Shown: positions 1-16,444, counted from the stretch's first letter. The stretch is 64,000 bases of DNA from Parasitella parasitica NRRL 2501 (GCA_025201805.1 MU619246.1:51627-115626), one strand, 5' to 3'. Program-made: numbers and translations. The notes: a model not told the origin generated them from the letters alone.

Positions 1-1185
1 GCATCCATTCTTTTTTGCGATGCATCTTTTTTTGGTTTATTTTTAGAGCCTGCAAGACGGCCACGACCTTTGCCTGTAGATTTTGTCATTGTAAAAAGAT
101 TTTAAAGATGTTGTCCAAAGTAAAGCTTTCGTAAATTTATAAATTTAAGCGTTGTATCCAAAATTTGTATATATTTTGAATCTTTCCAAGTGAGACAGCA
201 ATAAACCAAACCAACGCTTATTTTATACACTTTGTGTGCCCCTCGCTTCATGGGTTTTGGGACAGCGCATCACAATTGACGATTGATGTTGTATTTTGTG
301 ATCCAGGAGATATGATATTAATTGAACTATTTGAAACCCAATAACCTCGTTTTGAGCATTTTCATTGGTCGTTTAGAATTAATTGCTCAATTTTATTGGC
401 TTAAAACCACATTTAAACCCAATAACCTGTAAACTAGAGGTTATGATTGGATTACAGGACCCCACTTATGAGCAGTGAGCCACCAAAAAAAAAAACCACA
501 AAATTAAGAATTTACAAGATATTTTCACAACTTGCAAGACAAAAAGTATTTTATGATTGTTTCTAAACCCTCTTTTTTTTTCTTAGTCAAACCATGTAAT
601 TTATAGACACAAATTTGAGTGAAAAATACATTTTATTTGCAAAAAACCAAAAATATGTCTTTTGAAAAAAACCCTATAGTTTTGGTACATTCTCAAATAA
701 AACAACGTCTATCAGTTTTCTTTTTTATTATATACATCTCAAATGGTTATTCGTCTTGCTAGCTTGATTTTTTGTTGATATATTCTCTTTTTTTCATTTT
801 TGGCTCTTTTTCCCTTACCACTCCCTCATGCAGCTTATGTATGAAAATTCAGAGTTTTTGGTTATAGCCGTTTATTACTAGCAATTGTAGCCTCGTAAAG
901 TGTATAGTTTTACTATTTTTTGAATGACTCCGTTTGCCCTCGTTCAAAATTTGATTAAAAGTTGCCAGTAATTGGCATATTTGTTATCCAAACATCTATT
1001 CTGACTCACAAAAAAAAAAAAAAAGTGATGAACAGTTCATGTTGCATGCAGTTTATTCCGGTATACTCTATCCTTTGAGCGGAGACGTTTCAATTTGGAC
1101 TATCAAACGTTTTTTTCTTTTTTTTTTTTTCTTTTTTGACAGAGACATTGCATATCAAGAGGTATAGCAGCATTGTCGAGGACCG

Positions 1186-3508
<2,323 letters not shown>

Positions 3509-4193
3509 CATTTGAATTCTGAAGCGGTACATTTTACGAAAATGAAATACTACCGCGCGTCATGCCAAATGACTTTGGTCAAGATTAAACTACATTAAAT
3601 CTATACGTAGCTGTTATTGCTAATAATTTTAATCTTGGATTTACATGCTCCATAGTTATAATTGTTAACAATGTCTCTACTACATACAAACTCTAGCAAA
3701 AGTGCACCCACATTTTCAAGCAGAGGAATTGCTATTAAAGGCACTGATAAAGCTGCGGAGTTTATTTTTTATTTTTTTATTAGCAATGTATTGTAGCGAC
3801 CATATAGATGCTTCATGCACGAATTTAATTAAGGCAGCAATGTCTGTGCCGATATTTTACAATAATAGGCTGTACTAGCAAACGTGGCATACAGTTGACA
3901 ACATTTTAATTTATCCAAATATACAGCCTCAATTAATAAATTGACCTAAAAATGATACCGGATTTTGGTTTAAATTTCATCAAAATTGAGCAATAGCCAT
4001 ATTTTATTTCGTCAGTTTCCAAACTTGATTTCGTCAAGATGTAATAATGATGAGCAGTTCGTCATTGAGATGGCACTTTTTCCAATATGTCCTTTTCAGT
4101 GTTACCATACCAGTGTTTTTAGTTAGAAGGATTTGTTCTTAGAGTTCATCTCTCTCTTTCTCTACTTTCATCATTAATTTTTAAGCTTACAAA

Positions 4194-5260
4194 ATGGTTA
4201 TACTACCCGCAGAACTTCAAACGAAGAAAACATCAATAAACAAAAGTCTCCCTTAAGAAACCATCATAGGGGTCCAAGAGGGGCATACAAAAAGCCCCCT
4301 CAAGAATTAAGAGACCTGGCTTATCCAATATTGTGATACTATGGACGTTAAGACAATCTCTCAGGCTGCTAGAGGACTGGGTGTAGTACCCAGGCAAATC
4401 TTTACAAGCAGGAAGGTCGTAGTGAGCCCTTGAAAAGAGGAAGAAGAAAGGGGCAAACCACCAAATTCAATGACGATTATTGGCTGTTTTTACAAAAAAC
4501 TCTTCTTGACGAGGATTGCACTCAAATGCTTGAAGTATTAAGAGAAAAGCTAATGAGGAGCTTTTCTAATCTGGCAGAGAAGAAAATCTCAGTCAGTGGC
4601 CTTTGGAGATTTCTTGTAGAGCACATTGGCTATACTCTAACTCGCGTCAAGCCTCTTGAAGAGCGAAGAAACATAGCCGCCACAATCGAGGCCAGATATG
4701 AGTATGTCAACAAGTTGTGGACAAAAGGCATTGCATACAACAACAATTGTATCTTTGTCGATGAAGCTGGTTTTAATGCCAATTTGGTTCGTGGGGTTGG
4801 ATACTCCAAGGAGGGGAGCCAGAGCGTTGTGGTTACGCAATCCAAGAGGGCTGTCAACGTCTCCATTCTTGCAGCCATTTCGTATCATGGCGTTGAAGAT
4901 GTCTCTGTCAAGAAGGTCCAAGGAAGTACAACTGGCGAGATCTTCAAGGAGTGTATCCAAGGCATTATGAAGAAATTGGATGACACTGGGGCTGGTTCAT
5001 ACCATTTCGTCATGGATAATGCCTCCATCCACAAGGCACCCATGGTTAAAAGAGTCGTTCAAGAACTCTCAGCACCAAATGTGCCTTTTGCCACTGTACT
5101 CTCCCTTCCCTCAATCCGATTGAGGAATGCTTCTCAAAGCTAAAGACTTTAGTCAGAAGAAATCCTGGTATGAGAGGTACTCATGTTTTGGTTGAGCACA
5201 TAAGGAAGAGTACACTTATGAAGTATCTGCTGAAAATTGCCAAGGATGGGTCTACATTGT
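4194..5260 (+). mobile_element. Degenerate Tc1/IS630-superfamily DD34E transposase (frameshifted, no TIRs found)
   Basis: IFVDEAGFN, FVMDNASIHK; removing two +1 insertions (~5050, ~5110) restores LPLYSPFLNPIEECFSKLK with 34 residues between the second D and E; N-terminus also broken. Confidence 0.9.
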
Positions 5261-5264
5261 CAAA

Positions 5265-6113
5265 ATGACGAGCAAATTTAACTACAGCATCTATTACTAT
5301 ACCTTTTGTGGCAGCCTAACCAGATCACAAACAGAAGAAAAACTAAAGAATGACATTAGTAATAGTGTCTTTGAATTTTCTGATGATCCTGCTATTGACA
5401 CATGGTTACAAGAACAAAATAGATTTGATTATCCTGCAATTTTCTTTTATTATTATAAGTAATAGTGCAAACACAAAACTTCCAGTATAAATTTGATTTA
5501 TTTCATTATTTTAAAAGATTTTATAATCATCAGAGGCTGAAGCTTTCTGGTTAGAACATACAGAACGCGAAAAATTTACCACATCAAAACAAAATGATGC
5601 GACACGCTATTTGCTTTATGAGCGAGAGACTCACAATCGGCTTAAAGAAAAAGAAAAGAGCAAAGAAGAGAAGGAGCTGAATAGGCTAAAAGAAGATTTG
5701 AATTATGTAAGTTCAGTGCCTATTTATCCATATTCATTTAACATTCTAATTATAAATTTTAAATTACATCTTATAAGAACATCATCGAAAGTGACATGTT
5801 ATTAAGATTTGACAACAGATCCATAGGCTCCATTATAAAATCGTATGGAAAGAAACTCTTTGATTCATATGAGAATCTCAATAACGCAAATAAAGCCCTT
5901 TGCGTCTATTGCCTATGTGGAATACTTGACTTGACCAATGAACTACCATCAGGGCAACGTCAGATATTTACCGAGGATCAACGGGTATTATTGAAAAGAA
6001 TATTCAACTCAAGGACATTGAAATTTCTAGACATAAAAGAATCAATCATTTTTGGGTTAGTGCCATTAAATTTTTTGGAAAGTGACATTTATTTTTTGGT
6101 TACGGACATATAA
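5265..6113 (+). pseudogene. Fragmented hypothetical protein next to the transposase (possible TE-associated gene remnant)
   Basis: Short coding-like segments (5265-5462, 5611-5705, 5796-6060) separated by GT..AG-like gaps; no recognisable domain. Confidence 0.3.
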
Positions 6114-6923
6114 TTTTCTCAAACTGACAAAATTTACCGTTCTCACTGTATTTGTGCATCATTATGCTTAAATTACGATATTTGTGAATTAAACATTTCC
6201 CTCCATACCCCCTTAATACAATGTTTTTGCAATTGTCTATATTTATAACAACAGAGATCATTTGTGCTTCCTGGCAACTAAATAGGGCCAAGTGTAACAA
6301 AGTAAAGAAACATTAACATTCATACAATACCGTATGGTTACATAACTCGATCATTGTTACAGCCGCAGGTTCATGAAACGGACGTTTCCCGATAACCAGC
6401 AACAGGCTGCTTGAAGTGCAGCAACAACGCTAATAACGCAAATTAACTAGGTCGTTTCTTTATTCTTTCATGTACGTTGCCCTATAGAAGCAAACATGTG
6501 CTGATAAATTCAATCAAAAGTAAAACGAGCAGATCGTCATGTGGTTTTTTTCTGAATTCCTTGATGAAATATGAGCAGGCGAGAGAGAGAGAGAGAGGGA
6601 AAGGGAGACAAAGGGGATTCATCGAGAACGGAGGTTAGTATATGGATGCATTCCAACAAAATACTTGATAAAAATGCCATTTGGTTTATTTATTTGGACT
6701 GATAAAACGAAAACGTATGAACTAAACCATACAAATATATCATAAAAAAGAACATGCAACTTTAAAATGTTGGACAAGGAAAAAGAATATACAACTACTA
6801 TAGTGGAAAAGGAGTGATAGAGGAAGAGGGGGGGGGGTATGCATTTGAATGAACCAAACTTTGAACAATTAACAGTGGAGAAATAATGTGATAACGGTAT
6901 GAATATGGTGAACTTCTGGGGAC

Positions 6924-7961
6924 TTATAGAATGTTTACTGGTGATGATGAAGATGCAGAAGATGATGAAGTATCTTCAAGTCTCTGTTTTCCCTTGTCTT
7001 TAGACATATACTTTGGTGGTGACAAAGCTCTCATAAAGCGTAATTTGTGTGGTTTTCTACCAGCTAAACTCATCTTTTTCTTGGCTGGTAGATCTTCAAT
7101 GTCTGAATAATAGTCTTCTACCTTGATCTCTCGTAGTGGGATTCTGCTTTGCACAGCGTTTTCTTCTTCTTGAGGAGATGTACGTCGAATTTTCTTTTCG
7201 TACTGTTGTCGGCTATGCCAATGGCGAGGAGGTCGATTTTCGTCGTCATGTTCTTCCTTGTTGGAATGCTCATTGGTCTCGAGGGTGTTACTGTTGCTTA
7301 TGGCATTGTCCTGGAAAATGCAGCTCAGCCATGAGGAGGTTGGGTCATAGAAATCTCCGTAATCGACATTGCTCATATTCTCGTCGTCGTTGTCGTCGTT
7401 GTCGTCGTTGTCGTCGTTGTCGTCATCATCATCGTTATCATCGTCTTCGTCAAAGATGGATCTTTGGAGCTTGTGGGCAAGAGGTGATGGCGGGTGGTGC
7501 ATTGGTTCGTCGTCAAAGATTGATTTTCTAGTGATTGGGTGTTCAGGCGAAGACATTGGACATAAGCTAGAGGAAAATAGCTCTCCGTCGTCTGATTCTT
7601 CGTCTTCAGAGAAGGAAAAGTCTTTTGAGGATTTGTTATCCATCATACTGATTTTGTCCGCGTTTAAAAACATGTCTAGGTTTGGATGATTGGAGGACGA
7701 TTTCGCAACTTGTTCTTTTTCCTCGCGTACAACTTGCATCAACTTGTCGTTGAAGCTTGTGGCTGGAAGCTGATACTCTACAGCTGCCCTCATTCGGGAG
7801 CCATTGGACTGAGAATTGATTGTCATGCGAGAAAGTCGAGTGCACGGTGTGAATGTAAAACATGGGTTTTTTGTACTGTCCACAGGCGTTGCCTCGGCAT
7901 CGTCATCAAAGATGTTAAATGTTGGACGTCGAGGTGTCTGTAAACCTTGATGATTTGACAT
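6924..7961 (-). CDS. Hypothetical acidic, low-complexity protein (345 aa, single exon)
   Basis: Long uninterrupted ORF with ATG, D/N-rich repeat, SP/TP sites and basic clusters. Confidence 0.75.
   Translation of the reverse strand: MSNHQGLQTPRRPTFNIFDDDAEATPVDSTKNPCFTFTPCTRLSRMTINSQSNGSRMRAAVEYQLPATSFNDKLMQVVREEKEQVAKSSSNHPNLDMFLNADKISMMDNKSSKDFSFSEDEESDDGELFSSSLCPMSSPEHPITRKSIFDDEPMHHPPSPLAHKLQRSIFDEDDDNDDDDDNDDNDDNDDNDDENMSNVDYGDFYDPTSSWLSCIFQDNAISNSNTLETNEHSNKEEHDDENRPPRHWHSRQQYEKKIRRTSPQEEENAVQSRIPLREIKVEDYYSDIEDLPAKKKMSLAGRKPHKLRFMRALSPPKYMSKDKGKQRLEDTSSSSASSSSPVNIL
7380..7445. repeat. Coding (GTCGTCGTT)n 9-mer repeat encoding DDN repeats on the minus strand
   Basis: Tandem gtcgtcgtt units. 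Confidence 0.8.
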
Positions 7962-8772
7962 GGTCTTGTGTGTACGGATAATGAAAATAGAAATAACAAC
8001 NNNNNNNNNNAAAAAAAAAAAAAGGGAAAAAGGGAGAAAATAGGAAAAAGGAGATGAACGGCTAGAAATATTCCCTTGGGAATATCATGGTTCCATTTGT
8101 TTATTCTACACCTGCCCAATCAACATTGCTAAACTACCAGATGAATCACCTTATTAGGAAATCAGTTGGGTTTTTACGCGTCAGGATTGTGCAAGAAGAT
8201 GCTTCCTTCCTATCATGGTCTACTGGGTGACGCATGTTGAGTGTATCTAAAATGTAGCAAATGTGCTTTGGGCAGCCCTGAAGATTTTGCTAATCTGCAT
8301 GAGAAAAAAAAAAAAAATCCACAGCGCTTTGATGCCTGTGTCGATCATTCCAAGATTTTTTCCATGTGCCCCGAATTCCATTTTTTTACATTATTTATTC
8401 AAGGGTGTAATCAGATGTAGCAAATGTATTACCTGGAACAAGCTCACATTACATTGTCAAGTTGGTTGCCATGATGATGATAAGACGGAGTTGTATAAAT
8501 CACTGCAGCATAAAGAGGTATTTAGCTATCCATAGTGTGCCTTACATGTCCTAGCCTTGGTTGCTAGGCATGTTCAAAAGATATCTACTACCATTGTGAA
8601 TTTTTAGCGAAATGCGAAAAAGTGAAAAAACGAATATACACATACACATACACACTTTCACTTCTATCATCCGTGTAACGAGAATAAAAAGATAAAAATA
8701 CCTGGTATCCTAGTATAAAAGATCACAGAAATTGCACTTTTCTATTTTACTCTTTAGCTTTCAACATATATC

Positions 8773-9305
8773 ATGTCTTCTCCTACTCATGAGCAAATAC
8801 TGAAACATCTTGCCCGTACTGTCCAGGTTGCATCGAGAACAAAGAGGTTTGGTCGCCATCCTTTTGGCAGTGTCCTGGTTGGCCCTGATCATGAAACCGT
8901 CTTGCTAGAACAAGGCAACATTGATACACTACATCATGCCGAAAGCACGCTTTGTCATGTAGCTTGTAAGTGCAGTGTTTTTTTTTTTTTTTTTTTTGTA
9001 AACAATCTGTTCCAGGGACCAATTTCTCTCCCGAATATCTGGCTACTTGCACTCTCTACACCAACTTTGAGCCTTGTGTCATGTGTGCTGGATCTTGCTA
9101 CTGGGCCAACATTGGCAGGGTTGTGTATGGCATGGCTGAGGAACGCTTGCTGGAATTGACAGGCAACAGCGAGGAAAACCCCACCATGTCGCTGCCATGC
9201 AGAAAGGTGTTTGAAGCGGGCCAACGTAAAGTTCAAGTGGAAGGACCTTTTCCTGAACTCGAAAAGGCAATCATAGCAGATCATTTAGAATTTTGGGCGA
9301 AATAA
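8773..9305 (+). CDS. Cytidine/nucleoside deaminase-like Zn protein, intron 8966-9015
   Basis: PFGSVLV, HAE and EPCVMC zinc motifs, WANIGRVVYG. Confidence 0.9.
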
Positions 9306-9418
9306 AATCATGCATATAAAACCCGCAAATTTCACAATGAAATCTTTCTTCTCCCTTTCTTCTCTATATTCATTATCTACTTTTTGTCTAAAAAACCAAC
9401 AATCCAGCGTCAACAAAA

Positions 9419-10702
9419 ATGGGTCAATGCTGTTCATCAAATGAAATTAATAGTGAGCGAACTATTAACAAGCTTCGCGATCAAGAGATCGAGAAACAAC
9501 TGAAAAAAGACAGAGATAGCATGGTCAACGAAGTGAAATTACTGCTGCTGGGTAAGATTGTTGTCGTTACTGTTTTGTCTGCGCATAAACTTACGTCTCA
9601 AAAGGTGCTGGTGAATCTGGCAAATCGACACTTTTGAAGCAAATGCGTATTATTCATGATGGCGGATTTCAGACAGACGAAAGACTGTGCTTTCGTGAGA
9701 TTGTATTCAGCAATGTCATTGAATCCATGAAATCCATCATTAATGCCATGACAAAATTCAATATCCAGCTTGCCTCGCAAGATGAGGAGCACACAGCAGC
9801 GCTGTCTTTTGTCAACAATTTGGCAGAGCACATGGAGTGCGACTACCATTTACCATCAGACATTGCATCAGCCATTAAACTGTTATGGAATGATGAAGGT
9901 GTGCGACGAGCTTACAAAAAGAAAAATGAATATCAATTGCATGCGTCTGCAGAATAGTAAGTTTTGGACTCCTTAAATTTGTAAATCTGTATACATAGAA
10001 CATGCCCCTAATTTTTTTCAAACTTTGTTTACGCTAGCTTTCTTGATGCCATCGACCGTATATCTCAGCCAGAATATGTTCCTAACGACCAAGATTTATT
10101 AAGAGCAAGAGTAAAGACCACAGGCATCACAGAGACAAAGCTCAAGGTGGGCGAATTAACCTACAGAATGGTGGACGTTGGTGGGCAGAGATCAGAGCGT
10201 AAAAAGTGGATCCACTGCTTTGAGGATGTTACTGCCATCATCTTCATGGTAGCCATATCCGAGTACGACCAAGTCCTATTTGAAGACGAAACTGTAAACA
10301 GAATGACCGAATCATTCGCACTGTTCCAATCCATCTGCGGAATGACATGGTTTTCAAAGACTTCCATCATTCTGTTCCTGAATAAAACTGATTTGTTCAA
10401 GGAAAAGCTTGTTACAAGCCCGTTCAACCTGTATTTCCCCGAGTATAAAGGTAAGCCCATACATGGTACATGCTATTTCATCAACGACTCACACGTACAT
10501 GTCTCTAATAGGCGAGAACAAACCAGAAGGTGCCTGCCGTTACTTGATGGAGCAGTTTGAAAACTTGACGGCAAAAGACTCCCCGAAAAAAGTATACACA
10601 CACTTTACATGTGCGACAGATACAAAGCAAATCAGATTTGTCATGAACGTAGTCAATGACCACATCTTACGAGCCACGCTAAAAGATGTTGGGCTGCTAT
10701 AA
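9419..10702 (+). CDS. Heterotrimeric G-protein alpha subunit, 4 exons
   Basis: MGQCCS lipidation motif, [37 protein letters not shown]. Confidence 0.95.
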
Positions 10703-11030
10703 ATCCTTATTTATCCATATATACATATACATTATTTCCTTTAATAAATTAATTGTCGTTTTTTTAACAAAATGCATGCTTATAAATGTCCCCCCCCCTC
10801 CCTCTATGACAAAGCTGTATGTACATAACGTCAATATTTTATTTTCTGAAACAAAAGACAACGCAGAAGCATTGATGGCACAAAGCACACATGATTTTAC
10901 TTTGAAACACCTGATAATCCATCTTGATCATTTCCACATTGCAACAATGCTGCACATATATTTGCAGTACAATATTTTGCAGTGTGGCTTGTATACAGTT
11001 AGCTGAAGACAGCTTTTTTCAGTCTGTTAT

Positions 11031-11062
<32 letters not shown>

Positions 11063-11128
11063 NNNNNNNNNNNNNNNNNNNNNNNNNNNNNNNNNNNNNN
11101 NNTCATCTTTCAACAACTACAAGCCGAT

Positions 11129-14100
11129 ATGACTGACAAGATGGATCACGATCATGAAGAGCATGAGCACGGACAGGACCCGTTTGAGCCTTTAAAGGCA
11201 GAATTTTACGAGGGCAAGCATTTGTCTGCCCCTGTCAAGGAAATCCAAGCAAGTAAATGCATCACCTGAATTAAAACAATGATTAAATGTTTTGTTTTTT
11301 TTCGTAACTAGGACAAGTGGAAATTATTGCCTGCATTCCTAAAGGTCAAAGGTCTTGTCAAACAACATATCGACTCTTTTAATTACTTTATCAATGTGGA
11401 TCTTCGAAAGATTATCAAAGCCAACGAGAAGGTTACTTCAGATGTTGACCCGCATTTTTACCTCAAGTAAACTACTTATACAATTCTCCAAAGAGGTAAA
11501 CTCTCACTAAATGACTATATTATTCACAGATACACAGGTATTCGTGTGGGTAGCCCAGAACGCACTGATGCAGATGTCGCCAACCGCAGTTATACGCCAC
11601 ACGAATGTCGCCTTCGTGATTTAACCTACTCGGCAAACATTTTTGTAGATGTAGAATACACTCGAGGTCGCCAAATTGTCAAAAGAAAGAATGTTATGAT
11701 TGGTCGATTGCCCATCATGTTACGTTCTTCTCACTGTATTTTGACAGGCAAAAGCGAAGCAGAATTAGCCCGCATGAAGGAATGCCCTCTTGATCCAGGA
11801 GGTTATTTTGTCGTCAAGGGCACAGAAAAGGTCATTCTGGTGCAAGAACAGTTGTCCAAAAATCGTATTATTGTCGACGTAGATAAAAAGAACAACATTA
11901 TCGCCAATGTCCAAAGTTCCACCCATGAACGCAAATCAAAGACGGCTATCTTTGTCAAAAACAACAAAATTTACCTAAAGCACAATTCGATTGCAGAGGA
12001 CATTCCAGTTGCCATCTTTTTAAAGGCGTTGGGTGTACAATCCGATAGAGAAATCGCCCAGTTAGTGTGTGGTAACGATCATGATTTGAACGACGTGTTT
12101 GCCATCAATATCGAAGAGTCGTCTCGTCTGCGCATCTTTACTCAAATGCAAGCTCTGGATTACATTGGTGCCAAAGTCAAAGTCAATCGTAAACTATCGA
12201 TTGTGCGCAAGACTTTGGCCGAGGAAGCGCTGGAAGTACTGGCAACTGTTATTTTGGCTCACGTGCCCGTAGAAAACTTGAATTTCAGAGAAAAGAGTAT
12301 TTATGCTGCTGTCATGATCCGCCGTGTATTGGTTGCCATGACGGACGAAGTGCAGGTAGACGACCGTGATTATGTCGGTAACAAGCGTTTGGAATTGGCT
12401 GGTCAGCTGCTGTCGCTTTTGTTTGAAGATTTATTTAAAAAGTTCAATTCTGACCTCAAGTTGAATGCTGACAAAGTGCTCAAGAAACCCAACCGCACGC
12501 AGGAATTTGATATTTTCAACCAACTCGTATTGCACGGTGACCATATCACGAGCGGATTTATTCGTGCTATTTCAACGGGCAATTGGGTGCTGAAGCGTTT
12601 CAAGATGGACCGTGCTGGTATTACGCAAGTTTTGTCTCGCTTGTCGTACATCTCTGCGTTGGGTATGATGACTCGTATTTCATCTCAATTCGAAAAGACA
12701 AGAAAAGTGTCCGGCCCAAGAGCCTTGCAGCCATCGCAATGGGGCATGTTGTGTCCTTCAGACACTCCGGAAGGTGAAGCGTGTGGTCTGGTGAAGAACT
12801 TGGCTCTCATGACGCACATTACAACTGACCAAGAAGAGGAGCCTATCCGTAAAATTGCATTTGCACTGGGCGTTGAAGACGTCAATCTTCTGACGGGTGC
12901 TGAGCTCTACCTGCCCAACACATTCATCGTCCTTATGAACGGTGTTATCTTGGGTGTTACTCGCCGCGTGCAGCAGTTTGTGGACAGTTTTCGTCGTCTT
13001 CGTCGTGCTGGCCGCATCTCGGAGTTTGTCTCTGTCTTTGTCAATACACATCAGCGAACTGTCAATCTGTCTTCTGACGGTGGTCGTATCTGTAGACCCC
13101 TTATTATTGTTAAAAATGAAAGACCAAAAGTGACTCAACAACATGTCAACGATCTCATAGCAGAGAAACTCACATTTGACGACTTTTTAAAGATGGGCCT
13201 CGTCGAATACGTGGATGTAAATGAAGAAAGCGATGCCAACATTGCGGTTTACGAAAAGGACATTATACCACAAACCACACATTTAGAAATAGAGCCTTTC
13301 ACTATCCTCGGTGCCGTCGCAGGTCTGATTCCTTATCCTCATCACAACCAATCCCCTCGTAACACCTATCAATGTGCTATGGGTAAGCAAGCCATCGGTG
13401 CTATTGGCTACAACCAGCTCAATCGTATCGAAACACTGATCTATTTGATGGTCTACCCGCAGCAACCTATGGTCAAGACAAAGACGATTGAATTGATTGG
13501 CTATGATAAACTGCCTGCTGGACAAAACGCCACAGTGGCTGTCATGAGTTACTCTGGCTACGATATCGAAGATGCCTTGGTGTTGAATAAATCTGGTTTG
13601 GACAGAGGATTCGGTCGTTGCCAAGTGATGCGCAAATACGCCAATCTTGTTAAACGCTATCCTAATGGCACACACGATCGTCTGGCAGATCCTCCAGCTA
13701 GAGACTCTGAATCGTGGAATGAAAGCTTTGATGCTCTTGAGGCAGATGGTATTGCTGGTGTGGGTGAGCCTCTCGAAATGGGCTCGGTGTTTATCAATAA
13801 GCAAGTGCCTGTCAGTAGCGGTATCGATGCTGGCGTGCCTGGTGTTGCGCAAAGTGTTGCCTACAAGCCCCAGGCACAGCGTTACAAATCTCCCCAAACT
13901 GGTTATGTTGACAAAGTGCTCTTTACTACTACGGAATCTGATCAAACCCTAATCAAAGTAAACATTCGTCAAACCCGTCGTCCTGAATTGGGTGACAAGT
14001 TCTCTTCCCGTCACGGACAAAAAGGTGTATGCGGTATCATTGTCCAGCAAGAAGACATGCCTTTCTCTGATCTGGGTGTTTGTCCTGATATCATTATGAA

Positions 14101-14773
14101 CCCTCACGGTTTCCCCTCTCGTATGACTGTCGGAAAGATGATTGAGCTGTTGGCCGGCAAAGCAGGTGTACTAGATGGTTCGTTGCAATATGGCACTGCA
14201 TTTGGTGGCTCCAAGGTGGAGGATATGAGTCAAATACTGATCAAGCATGGATTCAATTATTCTGGTAAGGATTATGTGACATCTGGTATTACTGGCGAGC
14301 CACTCTCTGCATACATCTTTTTTGGTCCCATTTACTATCAAAAGTTGAAGCATATGGTCATGGACAAGATGCACGCCCGAGCAAGGTATGTTTTTTTTTT
14401 TTTTGCTACTATATTCATGGATGTGATGGATTAACTCGGTTATAACAGAGGTCCTCGTGCTACACTCACTCGTCAGCCCACAGAAGGTCGTTCAAGAGAT
14501 GGCGGTCTGCGTCTGGGTGAAATGGAGCGTGATTGTTTGATCGGCTATGGCGCCTCCATGCTGTTGCTGGAACGTCTTATGATTTCCTCGGATGCTTTTG
14601 AGGTTCACATTTGTGATAAATGCGGTTTGATTGGTTATTCTGGCTGGTGTCAATACTGCAAGAGTTCCAAATACATGAAGACTATGGAAATACCCTATGC
14701 CGCTAAGCTACTCTTCCAAGAATTAATGGCAATGAATATCTCTCCAAGGATGATTTTAGAAGATGCCATTTAA
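11129..14773 (+). CDS. RPC2: RNA polymerase III second-largest subunit; introns 11249-11311 (GC-AG), 11467-11529, 14386-14448
   Basis: [62 protein letters not shown]-terminal CxxC Zn ribbon. Confidence 0.97.
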
Positions 14774-15009
14774 GACAAGGACAAATCATTTTGCTCATAT
14801 ATTGTAAATAATAAAACAAAAAATCATAGTACTCTACTATTTCCATGACACTTTGCATGAATCTCAATGACGATTTCTTTCTGTTTCGAGAAACTCGCAA
14901 CTGATTTCTATCCAATCAACCATAACCAAGCCTTTTTTAAAACTTGTTTATAAAAAAAAAGACAAAGACGAAAACATGAGCACTTTTTCCTTTTCTCAAA
15001 CAAACGACC

Positions 15010-15402
15010 ATGTTCAAAATACTTGCCTGTTTATTGTTCTTGTTTGTCGCTTTAGCCAGTGGTAGTGTATTGTGTCATTTGACGTATGCACTCTCAACTA
15101 ATCTCCTTCTTCTCCAAAACTAGCTGCTGATATCGATTATATCATGGCTTTAAAATCACCAGTGACACCCAAAACCTACAAGGATGCGAGAGCAGATGTA
15201 GAATCTGCTGGTGGTAAAGTCACTTACGAATTTCGTGCAGCATTCAAAGCTGTTCTTGTATCCTTACCCTCAGAGCATGTTAGCACCTTGAGCTCGAAGC
15301 CTTATGTTGAGTTTATGGAAGAAGACAAGTCTGGTATGTGTATGGTTGTTTGAAATCAGTTTGAACCTGTCCTAACGTTCTATATCAGTCCATATTGCTT
15401 AA
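15010..15402 (+). CDS. Small secreted peptidase inhibitor I9 (subtilisin propeptide-like) protein, 3 exons
   Basis: Signal peptide MFKILACLLFLFVALAS; YIMALK...VESAGGKVTYEF...PYVEFMEEDKSVHIA. Confidence 0.8.
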
Positions 15403-16444
15403 GCGGGTGCTTCCTTAAACTGTAAATACATGGTAGCTCTATCGAAAATAAATATCACTATTCTTGTAAACTTTGCCCACCACCACTACTGAATAAAATC
15501 AGCTTTTCAGATGTTGATTGTCTTGTGAAAAGATATTTTATCGTATTATCTTTTACAAGCTCAACATTCTTCTCTCTTTAATGCTTATGCTTCTTTCTGT
15601 TTTTTTAAAAAAAAAAAAAAATGAATTAGTGTCAAGACAATACTTTGACTATTTGAACTTGAATGTGATAATCATTGCTTGCCTGTAGTAGCATCAGAGT
15701 ACATTTACAAGATTCTACTAAACGAAAATTTGCCAGGTTAAACTTGAAGTGTAGTGAATACAACCATTGTCCTGGAACCAATACATTATTCGAGCTTTTA
15801 TTGTCCAATGAAGAAAACCATTCCAGTCGTCTGTATACAGTTGTCTTTTTCTTGAAATACATGGTCCATAGTCAAAGAATTTTCCTAGGTTAATCTCCAA
15901 CCGATGTCGAAGGGCGATTGATGCAGGATATATTATTGAATTATATCCAATTTTGAATTTATTTGACGAAACAGGAGGAATTTGGTATATTTTGAAAAGA
16001 CAATGATTTTGGTTTCCTTTGATCAAGTAATCAATAATTTGTTGAGGGCATGCTTTGTAGATCATCTCTAGGCTCCAAAAAATTATTATTTGCGCACAGC
16101 AATTGATTACAAAAACATTATATAATATCAAGTAAAAAGCAAAAGGATGTCATATTTAATAGAGGGATAACTCTTATTGACACATGATATCTTCAATAAT
16201 TGTAAATTAAGTAACTCGTAAAAAGCAATTGTAACCTAGAAAGCTGACTCCAGCCGATCATCTACATACTATATATCATTCTGCATAAATAACATTGCTA
16301 ATGGCCTTTACCTGAGCATTTAAGAATACCTATCCAACTGTTTACTATAACACACTTATTATACAATATAATCAAAACTTTATTCATAAATAAAACAGAA
16401 AAGAAAAGCACAACAAGTGAAAGGCAGTGTGTTATAATGTACAA

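Noticed and set aside
335-429. 14-bp direct repeat AAACCCAATAACCT
   Set aside because: Only two copies in AT-rich DNA; not an array and not a TIR pair.
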